Assembly: GCA_038893995.1 (NCBI GenBank)
Contig: JAWAQK010000004.1
Span: 1 to 64,000, forward strand
Source: Candidatus Thorarchaeota archaeon
GTDB lineage: Archaea > Asgardarchaeota > Thorarchaeia > Thorarchaeales > Thorarchaeaceae
Length of the DNA: 64,000 bases
Reading direction: 5' to 3'
Below are positions 55,759 to 64,000 of the stretch, one piece after another; the stretch's first letter is position 1; the number at the start of each line of letters is the position of its first letter. The notes beneath the pieces are model-generated. The model was not told the origin of the DNA and made no database searches. It was given only the letters and a program-made list of their open reading frames with translations. The translations under genes and the position numbers were made by a program.

Positions 55759-56763
55759 TTACGAGAAGTCTCTGCCAGTCAGAATAGCGACGAACCGTCC
55801 CTTGACGGTGACCTTGTTGTCTGTCAGGGCAGACAGTACAGCAAGCGTACTTGCAGAGGCTGGAAGGACATTCAGCCCCTCTTCTTCTCGAAGAAGCCTC
55901 GCAAATTCAATCATCTTTGTATCCGACGCGTAATCGGCAAACCCATCTGACTCGTAGATAGCATCCAGCGCCTCTTGTCCATCAAACGAGTGCCAGTTGG
56001 TGAGAGGCTCGTTTACCTTGCTCTCCTTGATCTCGTCCCTCGACAGGTCAATGAGCGTTCTGCTCTTGAGCAGATATGACTTCACGATGGGATTTCCTCT
56101 CCTCGTGCTAGTCGCCACCATACGCGGAATCTCCGATATCTTGCCGGACTCGTAGAGCCTCTTGAAGCCTGTGAAGATGCCCGCAAATGTGGTCCCATTG
56201 CCGACAGGACAGAATACGTAGTCTGGGGCCCGCCTCAGATCTCTAAAGATCTCGTATGCTATCTCAGCATACTCGTTGATCGACAGTTGTTTGACACCGT
56301 CCACCCCAGGATTCGCGTTGAACCATCCCTTGTCCTCGCATATCTCAGAGGAGAGCTTGACCAGGTCCTCGTATTGACCCTCCTCATAATGGATTATGGC
56401 CGACCCCTCGATCATCCTCCTCAGTCGGTCCCTAGGCACATGATACCCCTTGGGAATGAAGATATGTGCCTCGAGCTCCCACAACTTGGCCGCATATGCA
56501 AGTGCAGCACCGAAATTACCGCAGGTCGCGGATGCTATGGCCTTGAATCTGTTGTTCCAGGCCATCTCTGCAATTGCAAGAGCGATCCGGTCCTTCTGTG
56601 TTCCCGTAGGATTGCCGAGCTCGCACTTGAGGTAGAGCTTCTCGACCCCTGCGCAGCGGGCCACATTTCGTGCATCCACCAACAACGAGGACCCGGCTAC
56701 GTCCTTGAATCTCGCCTTGGGAGGTTCTCGTCTCAATCGTGTGCCGTTATGGTCACTTGTCAT
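55759..56763 (-). CDS. Fold-type II PLP enzyme, threonine-synthase-like
   Basis: LK.E..NPTGTQKDR (PLP Lys), ATCGNFG, PVGNGT, EG...PAS, ILTG. Confidence 0.88.
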   Translation of the reverse strand: MTSDHNGTRLRREPPKARFKDVAGSSLLVDARNVARCAGVEKLYLKCELGNPTGTQKDRIALAIAEMAWNNRFKAIASATCGNFGAALAYAAKLWELEAHIFIPKGYHVPRDRLRRMIEGSAIIHYEEGQYEDLVKLSSEICEDKGWFNANPGVDGVKQLSINEYAEIAYEIFRDLRRAPDYVFCPVGNGTTFAGIFTGFKRLYESGKISEIPRMVATSTRRGNPIVKSYLLKSRTLIDLSRDEIKESKVNEPLTNWHSFDGQEALDAIYESDGFADYASDTKMIEFARLLREEEGLNVLPASASTLAVLSALTDNKVTVKGRFVAILTGRDFS

Positions 56764-56901
56764 TTCTTGGTGTTCACTTCTTCCCAGACCCTCAACTCAC
56801 CAGGGGTCTCATCGACGATCGAGGACTTCATTCAGTCCGTGATTATAAGCTTATTCTATGCTACACAGCACTCGTCCAGGCCCTTGGGGACATTCCTTCG
56901 G

Positions 56902-58224
56902 CTAGCCTAGGGAGCAACCATTGTCGGATGAGTGGCTCGTCCTGCTGAGTCTCAGGGCTCTTGCAGAGCACTCGGCAGCTCTGACAGTATCTCCGATTTC
57001 CTCAAACAGTCTTGCGGCTACCTCCCAGGTACGCCGTGCCTCGTCATCTCTGTGAAGTCGCTCGAGCACTAGGGCTCTCCTGTAGAGAGGTTCTGGATTG
57101 TCAGGTGCAATTGCAAACGCATCGCTGAAGTCAGACGCAGCCTCTTCAAGTCTGCCCGATATCTCATGCACGATCCCTCGGCCGTAGGCAGCCTCCCAGT
57201 TGCGGGGCTGAAGACTCCGCGCCGTGTGATAACACTCCAGGGCTGTGCCCATGTCGCCCTCCAGAGCCAGCACCTGTGCCGTCTTCACCCACGCCTCGAC
57301 ATTGTCTGGGTCTGAGTTGAGCACTTTCTCGTACGCCGACGCTGCCTTATCATAGGCCTTCAGCATCCGGTGTGCATCACCTTTTCTCATCCAGATGGTC
57401 AGATCGTCTCTTTTGATACTGACTGCTCGTTCATAGAGCTCTACGGCCTTCTCATACTCCCGCTGGGCCAGATAGGTATTGGCAAGTTCGGCCAGCAAGT
57501 AGGGGTCATTGGGACTGATAGAGACTCCATCTGTCAGGATATCTCTTGCCATGTCTGATCTGCCCTGCTGAAGATAGAGCCTACCGAGCTCAAGGTAGGC
57601 CGGACCATAGTCAGTCTTGGACCATATTGCTTTCCGGAGCCAAGTAGTGGCCTGCTCGAGCCTGCCCATTCGCGCCATCAGGACTCCCCGGAGGTAGTAG
57701 ACCATGAAATTCTCAGGATCTATCTCTGCCGCTATGTTCAGATGACCCTCACAGAGGGACAGCTCGCCGGTCGCAAGGTACAGACGCGCCAGAGCTATAT
57801 GCACAGAGTAATCGTCGGGATCCAGTTCAAGTGCACTTCTGAATGATGATCGCGCCCCATCAAGTCGGCCCTCACTGTAATACGCCCACCCCATGTTCAG
57901 CCAGGCAGTACTCATCTTTGGATCTATCTCGACGGTCTTACGGTAGAGTGCGATGGCCCTGTCGTAGTCGCTCTCCAAGAAACGGAGATTTGCAAGCCTG
58001 TACAGGAGTGTCGAAAGACGGGGGTCACTCTTGAGTGACTCAAACTCTTGCTCGATCCTAGACTCCAACTCATCTATGTCTTTCTTGACCTCCGGGCGGG
58101 TGATCAGACGATGTACAGTTTCGGGGGATATCTCCAGGTCGATCCCGATCTTGTTGAGGTCCATCATCATCGTTGTCAATAGGTCGGGCGTATTCCAGTC
58201 ACCCTCCTTCTTGCGGACTAGCAT
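56902..58224 (-). CDS. Tetratricopeptide repeat protein
   Basis: About 10 consecutive 34-aa TPRs (e.g. AWLNMGWAYYSEGRLDGARSSFRSALELDP). Confidence 0.93.
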   Translation of the reverse strand: MLVRKKEGDWNTPDLLTTMMMDLNKIGIDLEISPETVHRLITRPEVKKDIDELESRIEQEFESLKSDPRLSTLLYRLANLRFLESDYDRAIALYRKTVEIDPKMSTAWLNMGWAYYSEGRLDGARSSFRSALELDPDDYSVHIALARLYLATGELSLCEGHLNIAAEIDPENFMVYYLRGVLMARMGRLEQATTWLRKAIWSKTDYGPAYLELGRLYLQQGRSDMARDILTDGVSISPNDPYLLAELANTYLAQREYEKAVELYERAVSIKRDDLTIWMRKGDAHRMLKAYDKAASAYEKVLNSDPDNVEAWVKTAQVLALEGDMGTALECYHTARSLQPRNWEAAYGRGIVHEISGRLEEAASDFSDAFAIAPDNPEPLYRRALVLERLHRDDEARRTWEVAARLFEEIGDTVRAAECSARALRLSRTSHSSDNGCSLG

Positions 58225-58281
58225 TCGATATCTTATGAATGTTCACACCCTGCAGAGTCCCCCACACAGATCGTAGGCGCA

Positions 58282-61200
58282 TCATGTGACGACTTGGACC
58301 GGTCTGAGACTGGAAACTCTGTGTTCTCCTTCACCAGTGTCATACTCGATTATCCCGACCAGTTCTCCTGTTGAGCCGGGTTCCAGCTCGAATGCAATCT
58401 CTGCGACGACGGACGTGCCCGGCTCAACTGTTCCGATCGTCTTGCTGACTATTGACTCTGTCAGACTGGGAATCGCCAGAGTCACCTGCGCATTGTTCAT
58501 GGCGACACTCGACTGATTTCTCACGACGATACCGAATATTGTTCGGCCCTCTCGAATCTTGTAGTCCACAACGACATCCATGCCTGGTTCGAGACCCGGA
58601 CTCATCGGCTCGCTCATGGTGAGATGCTCCTTCTTGGCCCTCCTGCCTCTCGTACTTCTGGCGACTGCACCGAGTAGTGCTCCGATGGCGATCAGGACTG
58701 TCAGGTGCAGTCCCCAGTGGACCTTGGGATCAGGGTCGAGCGCATCAATGAGCCCATCCCTATCCGAGTCGGGACTCAGAGGGTCGGTACCATATAGGAC
58801 TACCTCCTCGTAGTCCGTCCAGCCGTCCCCATCCGTGTCAGGAGTCAGAGGGTCAGTACCATGACGATGCTCCAGTCCGTCCGATAGTCCATCCTGGTCG
58901 GTATCGCTGTTCGTCGGATCCGTCCCAAGGACAACGACCTCAAAGTAGTCGCTCAGAGTATCATTGTCTGTGTCTATTCTCCTGGGGTCGGTACCCCGTG
59001 AGGCCTCATCATAGTCGCTCAGACCGTCTCCATCAGTGTCGAACCTCAGAGGACTCGATCCATAGACATAGACCTCATCGTAGTCAGTGAGGAGGTCTCC
59101 GTCAGTGTCCGAGTCAGCAGGATCTGTGCCCAGGTCGACCTCCTCCGGGTCTGAGAGCCCGTCAGCATCGGTATCCCACAGAAGCGGTGAACAGCCATAT
59201 CGATGGACCTCATGTCCATCCAGCAGTGAGTCCTCATCGGTGTCAGGGTCAAGAGGGTCTGTGCCCGCCTGCACCTCGTCTCCATCGTTCAGATCATCAT
59301 CGTCCGAGTCCGGATCTAACGGATGAGTATGATGCACCCGGAGTTCATTGAGGTTACTCAACCCGTCATAGTCCGAATCCCAGTCCGAATCGAGGATTCC
59401 GGGATGAGTCATATTCGTCAGTGGGCTGGTGTTGGTCAGAAACACCTCCTCATAGTCAGTCAGCTGGTCGTCGTCCGTATCGGTCTTGACAGGATTCGTG
59501 CGGTAGTTGTTCACTTCACTGCCATCATTCAGTCCGTCCTTGTCAGTATCGATGGCAAGCGGGTCTGAACCATGTATCTTGACCTCATCGTAGTCGGACA
59601 GACCATCCATGTCCGTATCTCTATTGATCGGGTCTGTGTGATAGATCTTGACCTCCTCTCCATTCTTCAGACCATCTCCATCCTCGTCGTCCAGAAAGTC
59701 CATTATGCCATCTCCGTCCGTGTCTCTGAGTCTCGGATTGGTCCTGGTCAGCACACATTCCTCATAGTTCGTTAGAAGATCGAGGTCTCCGTCCTCATCG
59801 CCATCAAGCACACCATCATTGTCCGTATCCGCCACTGATGGGTCTGTGAGTGTGAGTGTCAACTCCTGAAGGTTTGTGAGACCGTCGAGATCCTTGTCCC
59901 AGTCTGCGTCAGACGTGCCATCCCCCTTTGTGCTGTACAACAGGGGATTCGTGAGTGTCTGAGTGACCTCCTGATAGTCGGTCAGTCCATCGCCATCGGT
60001 GTCACGACGCAATGGATTCGTAGCATGAATCTGGACCTCTTGATAGTCAGTCAGCCCATCTCCATCGGTGTCCCGCTTGTTCGGATCTGTGTTATGGAGA
60101 TAGACCTCATGATAATCAGACAGTCCGTCGCCATCAGTGTCCGGATTCAACGGATCCGTGTTGAAGACCTTGATCTCGTCGTAGTCAGAGAGTCCGTCGC
60201 CGTCTGAGTCCGGAGTGTTTGGCAACGTGTGGTATAGACGGACCTCGTCGCCATCGCTGAGCCCGTCTCTATCCGAGTCTTTCTGTCTCGGGTTGGATGA
60301 GTATACCCTTGTCTCGTCAAAATCAGTCAGTCCGTCCTCATCTGTGTCTCTCGAGAGAGGGTTGGTGTTGTAGACATTGACCTCATCAAAGTCAGAGAGG
60401 CCATCCCCATCCGTGTCGTAGAGTGTGCAGTTTGTATTGAACAAGTAGATCTCTTCGAAGTTCGAGAGTCCATCTGCGTCATTGTCATCAAGAAAATCGA
60501 TGATGCCATCTCCGTCAGTATCTGGGTTGAGGGGGTCTGTGTGCGCGTTCAGGATTTCGTCGCTATCAGTCAGTCTGTCGCCGTCGGTGTCTGAACTTGT
60601 CGGCATTGTCCCATATAGCCTGACTTCGTCAGCGTCGTTGAGGCCGTCACCGTCAGTGTCCGCAAGGAACGGATCTGTACTCCACCGGACCTCCTCACCA
60701 TCAGTCAGACCATCATCGTCTGAGTCTTCGTCGAGAGGATCAGTATGATAGACATACACTTCGTCATAGTCCGATAGTCCGTCACCATCTGTGTCGTTGT
60801 TCCTAGGGTCTGTTCCAATCCGGACCTCATACCAGTCATCCAACAGGTCTTGATCGCTGTCCTTCCTACTTGGGTCCGAATTGTGTATGTGCACCTCGTC
60901 ACCATCGGAGATACGGTCTCCGTCCGAGTCCCAGTTTGTCGGGTCTGTGTCCCAGATGTACACCTCTTCGTAGTCTGACAGACCATCATAGTCAGAGTCC
61001 GCCACTCTTGGACTAGTGTGATATACGTGGAACTCTAGGTAGTCGCTCAGACCATCGTCGTCCGTGTCCTTGTCGGTTGGGAGAGAACCAACGATGTGTA
61101 TCTCCAGTCCGTCCGGTAGGCCATCCCCGTCAGTGTCACTTGACAGGGGGTCTGAGCCCCATCCGTATATCTCCAAACCATTAGCGACCCCGTCCCCGTC

Positions 61201-64000
61201 ACTGTCAAGGTAGAAGTCTGATGTCCCATTCCCATATGTACTCCACAGGGTAGCATTGGTCCCGAGGACCATGATCTCCCAGTAGTCTGAGAGTCCATCA
61301 CCATCGGTGTCCTGTCTGGTCGGGTCCGATCCATATTCGACCTCCGCTAGATCATAGACCCCATCTGCATCGGTATCGGCCCTGAGCGGATCGGTCTGGT
61401 ACTGCATCACCTCAAGGCCATCCGAGAGTCCATCGTCGTCAGTGTCACTGTCTTCCGGAGACGTACCGTACACGTCAATCTCCTGACCATTACTCAGAGA
61501 GTCGCCGTCGGAGTCGTAGTCGTAATCGGAAACTCCATGAGTCATTGGATTGTTTGGATCAGTTGAGGTGTACGTGACCTCTACGAAGTCTGTCAGTCCG
61601 TCCCCATCGGTGTCCCGCTTGTTCGGATCTGTGTTATGGACATAGACCTCCTGATAGTCAGACAGTCCGTCGCCGTCTGTGTCTGGTTTGAGCGGACTTG
61701 TGTGATGTGCATTGACTTCTGCACCGTCGCTCAGACCGTCTCCATCAGTGTCGGCGTTGAGTGGATCCGTCTTGTAGGTATTGACCTCTCCCCCATCATT
61801 GAGGCCATCTCCGTCGGTGTCAGGTCTCAGCGGATCAAGTCCTGCAAGTATCTCGAACCGGTCAGTCAGTGAGTCGCCATCAGTGTCTGCAAGGAGGGGG
61901 TCGGTATTATAGATGCGTATTTCATTCAGGTTCGACAACCCGTCGTGGTCTTCATCGTCCTCTGCGTCGCCTATCCCATCTTGGTCTGAGTCTCTTCTGA
62001 GTGGATTGGTTCCAGTCTTCAAGACCTCCTCTCCATCTGTAAGCCCATCACCGTCAGTGTCCCGGCTCAACGGATCCGTACCGGCGAGGTATTCTGCCAG
62101 ATTTGATAGACTATCAGAGTCCGGATCTTCAAACGCGTCTGATATTCCATCGTCATCGGTGTCGTCGTACAGTGGGTCCGTGCCGGTCATGATGACTTCG
62201 AACCAGTTGACGAGGCCATCTGAATCAGAATCATACATGTCGTCACGTGGTTGACCAGTCCCATGCGAGTATGGAATGAGCGGGTCCGTCTTTGTGACGT
62301 ATAATTCAATACCATTAGTCAAGCGGTCCTCGTCAAAGTCTTCATCGTAATCATTGATGGAGTCATCGTCGCTGTCAGGATCGAGAGGGTCTGTCATGAG
62401 TACAAGGACCTCATGGCCGTCCAGAATCCCATCCTCGTCTGTGTCGGGTCTTCTCGGATGCGTGTTGTATGTCGCGAATTCCTCGTAGTTGGTGAGTAGG
62501 TCCAGGTCGTGATCTTCATAGTCATCTCTTACCGAATCTAGGTCGGTGTCCTGAAGGAGTGGGCTGGTCAGCGTGAAGTATATCTCGTATCCGTTAGGGA
62601 GTCTGTCCCCATCGTAGTCCCAGTCGTAGTCATTTACTGTGCTGCTGAAGGTGTGAGCGTTGGTCGCATTGAAGACCGGATACAGGTTCACTTCTTGTTT
62701 GTCGCCTATACGGTCGCCGTCGGTGTCCCACAAGAGGGGGCTCGTATGGTAGATGTTCACCTCGGTTCCATCGTCAAGGCCGTCATTATCGGTGTCAGCC
62801 CTTGTTGGGTTCGTGTGCCATACCATGACCTCATCGTAGTCTGACAGTGAGTCCAGGTCTGTGTCTCTGACAAGAGGACTGGAACCCCATGTCTTGACCT
62901 CTGCTCCATCAGAGAGCCCATCATCATCCGTATCGTTATCGAGTGGATCTGTCCTGTATGTGAATATCTCTTCGTAGTCACTCAGTCCGTCATCATCTGT
63001 GTCTGCATCCAGAGGATCCGTCAAGTAGTAGACATGCTCTTGGTAGTCACCGAGTCCGTCATCGTCTGAGTCGCTGTCTGTTGGTGAACTGTGGACGATC
63101 ATGACTTCCTCATAATCATTGAGACCATCACCATCTGTATCACGCAGAAGTGGGCTCGTCTTGTAGGTCTTGACCTCGTCACCATCTAGTAGTCCATCTC
63201 CGTCCGTATCGGGATTCAGTGGATCTGTTCCTATAGCAATCTCCTTCCAGTTGGACAGATTGTCACTGTCCTCGTCGTCGTAGTAGTCCGACACTCCATC
63301 ATTGTCCGTATCGACACTGTTTGGATCTGTCCTTGTGAGCCTGACCTCCTGAATGTTGGTGAGGCCCTCGCCATCGTTATCATCTGCATCGTCACTGAGC
63401 CCGTCGCCGTCGCTGTCTGGATCAGTCGCGAGGGTCATGGTGACATTGTTCTCCTCGTAGTCAGTTAGTCTGTCACCGTCAGTGTCAATCGAGTTCGGAT
63501 TTGTACCGAGATAGACCTCCTGCCAATCTGTGAGTAGGTCGCCGTCCGAGTCGACCATGTTGGGATCAGTGTGATAGACTATCACCTCGCTGAAATCATC
63601 CAGTCTGTCGCCGTCGGTATCCAGTAGCAAGGGGTCTGTGTTGTACTCCAGATACTCCTGTCCATCACTCAGTCTGTCACCATCGGTGTCCCAGACATCC
63701 CAGAGGGTGCCAACTATCAGGTTCTCAGCTGCATCGGCCAGCCCATCCCTGTCATAGTCTCTACCGTAGACATCCATCTTGGATGCGCCACGTGCAAGGG
63801 CAATCTCAGACCCAAGTACTGAGTCGATGTTGCCCGTCGACAGTACTCCTTGAAAGCCCTGAATCGTGAGCTCGGAGACGAACCCTCCCGTCGAATTGAG
63901 TACGGTGATGCGATCCTGTGTCGAGACTAGAACTTGGTCTGAGCCCATGTTTCCAATGTCAGCAACATCGAATCTAAGGACAGATGCAGTCGCATTCGAA
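58282..64000 (-). CDS. Giant acidic single-pass surface protein with DxDxDG (TSP3-like) Ca2+-binding repeats; 5'-truncated
   Basis: The frame stays open past ATG 63948 to the window end. Roughly 70 repeats of [10 protein letters not shown]....TDPL..; TM helix [19 protein letters not shown] followed by basic [10 protein letters not shown]; about 100-aa C-terminal beta domain. Confidence 0.92.
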   Translation of the reverse strand, partial: SNATASVLRFDVADIGNMGSDQVLVSTQDRITVLNSTGGFVSELTIQGFQGVLSTGNIDSVLGSEIALARGASKMDVYGRDYDRDGLADAAENLIVGTLWDVWDTDGDRLSDGQEYLEYNTDPLLLDTDGDRLDDFSEVIVYHTDPNMVDSDGDLLTDWQEVYLGTNPNSIDTDGDRLTDYEENNVTMTLATDPDSDGDGLSDDADDNDGEGLTNIQEVRLTRTDPNSVDTDNDGVSDYYDDEDSDNLSNWKEIAIGTDPLNPDTDGDGLLDGDEVKTYKTSPLLRDTDGDGLNDYEEVMIVHSSPTDSDSDDDGLGDYQEHVYYLTDPLDADTDDDGLSDYEEIFTYRTDPLDNDTDDDGLSDGAEVKTWGSSPLVRDTDLDSLSDYDEVMVWHTNPTRADTDNDGLDDGTEVNIYHTSPLLWDTDGDRIGDKQEVNLYPVFNATNAHTFSSTVNDYDWDYDGDRLPNGYEIYFTLTSPLLQDTDLDSVRDDYEDHDLDLLTNYEEFATYNTHPRRPDTDEDGILDGHEVLVLMTDPLDPDSDDDSINDYDEDFDEDRLTNGIELYVTKTDPLIPYSHGTGQPRDDMYDSDSDGLVNWFEVIMTGTDPLYDDTDDDGISDAFEDPDSDSLSNLAEYLAGTDPLSRDTDGDGLTDGEEVLKTGTNPLRRDSDQDGIGDAEDDEDHDGLSNLNEIRIYNTDPLLADTDGDSLTDRFEILAGLDPLRPDTDGDGLNDGGEVNTYKTDPLNADTDGDGLSDGAEVNAHHTSPLKPDTDGDGLSDYQEVYVHNTDPNKRDTDGDGLTDFVEVTYTSTDPNNPMTHGVSDYDYDSDGDSLSNGQEIDVYGTSPEDSDTDDDGLSDGLEVMQYQTDPLRADTDADGVYDLAEVEYGSDPTRQDTDGDGLSDYWEIMVLGTNATLWSTYGNGTSDFYLDSDGDGVANGLEIYGWGSDPLSSDTDGDGLPDGLEIHIVGSLPTDKDTDDDGLSDYLEFHVYHTSPRVADSDYDGLSDYEEVYIWDTDPTNWDSDGDRISDGDEVHIHNSDPSRKDSDQDLLDDWYEVRIGTDPRNNDTDGDGLSDYDEVYVYHTDPLDEDSDDDGLTDGEEVRWSTDPFLADTDGDGLNDADEVRLYGTMPTSSDTDGDRLTDSDEILNAHTDPLNPDTDGDGIIDFLDDNDADGLSNFEEIYLFNTNCTLYDTDGDGLSDFDEVNVYNTNPLSRDTDEDGLTDFDETRVYSSNPRQKDSDRDGLSDGDEVRLYHTLPNTPDSDGDGLSDYDEIKVFNTDPLNPDTDGDGLSDYHEVYLHNTDPNKRDTDGDGLTDYQEVQIHATNPLRRDTDGDGLTDYQEVTQTLTNPLLYSTKGDGTSDADWDKDLDGLTNLQELTLTLTDPSVADTDNDGVLDGDEDGDLDLLTNYEECVLTRTNPRLRDTDGDGIMDFLDDEDGDGLKNGEEVKIYHTDPINRDTDMDGLSDYDEVKIHGSDPLAIDTDKDGLNDGSEVNNYRTNPVKTDTDDDQLTDYEEVFLTNTSPLTNMTHPGILDSDWDSDYDGLSNLNELRVHHTHPLDPDSDDDDLNDGDEVQAGTDPLDPDTDEDSLLDGHEVHRYGCSPLLWDTDADGLSDPEEVDLGTDPADSDTDGDLLTDYDEVYVYGSSPLRFDTDGDGLSDYDEASRGTDPRRIDTDNDTLSDYFEVVVLGTDPTNSDTDQDGLSDGLEHRHGTDPLTPDTDGDGWTDYEEVVLYGTDPLSPDSDRDGLIDALDPDPKVHWGLHLTVLIAIGALLGAVARSTRGRRAKKEHLTMSEPMSPGLEPGMDVVVDYKIREGRTIFGIVVRNQSSVAMNNAQVTLAIPSLTESIVSKTIGTVEPGTSVVAEIAFELEPGSTGELVGIIEYDTGEGEHRVSSLRPVQVVT
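60062..61674. repeat. 71-bp near-identical direct repeat pair within the giant gene (60062-60132 and 61604-61674)
   Basis: ccatcggtgtcccgcttgttcggatctgtgttatgga is identical for 37 bp, followed by 34 bp with 3 mismatches. Confidence 0.85.

Noticed and set aside
58700-63800. CRISPR array or non-coding tandem repeat
   Set aside because: The periodicity is protein-level with synonymous divergence inside one open frame; there are no identical repeats with unique spacers and no cas genes.
1-64000. tRNA or rRNA genes
   Set aside because: Intergenic gaps are short and I saw no cloverleaf with a TTCRA T-loop or rRNA-like tract; tRNAscan-SE or Infernal would be needed to exclude intron-containing tRNAs.

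Overview
Gene-dense archaeal chromosomal segment with no rRNA, tRNA, CRISPR array or transposase that I could recognise. The mix of archaeal core genes (A/V-ATPase subunits, trmI, pyrF, glmM, tungsten AOR) with eukaryotic-signature-type proteins (Rab-like GTPase, Cys-containing LRR protein, TPR/SNAP-like solenoids) points to an Asgard archaeon, most plausibly Thorarchaeia; this is inference, not a database result. Main modules: (i) a strand-scrambled partial A/V-ATPase cluster (C, K, E, H/G, I plus an AtpZ/I-like gene; no A, B, D or F); (ii) a complete bacillithiol-type bshC-bshA / bshB set, with a four-Cys insertion in BshC; (iii) a 130-aa coiled-coil + Pro/Ala linker protein ending in a close match to the Ena/VASP F-actin-binding motif, two genes from the Rab-like GTPase; (iv) a form IV RuBisCO-like protein divergent from fhs-folD-ftcd; (v) an SCP2 / FabK-NMO / Fe-ADH / AOR operon; (vi) a MurL-like PP-loop / Ddl-like ATP-grasp / GNAT cluster facing a threonine-synthase-like PLP enzyme; (vii) a giant (>1900 aa, 5'-truncated) single-pass surface protein with roughly 70 DxDxDG Ca2+-binding repeats and a cytoplasmic beta-sandwich, followed by a TPR protein. 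All family calls come from motifs read by eye. Several starts were moved from the ORF track to more plausible downstream or upstream codons.
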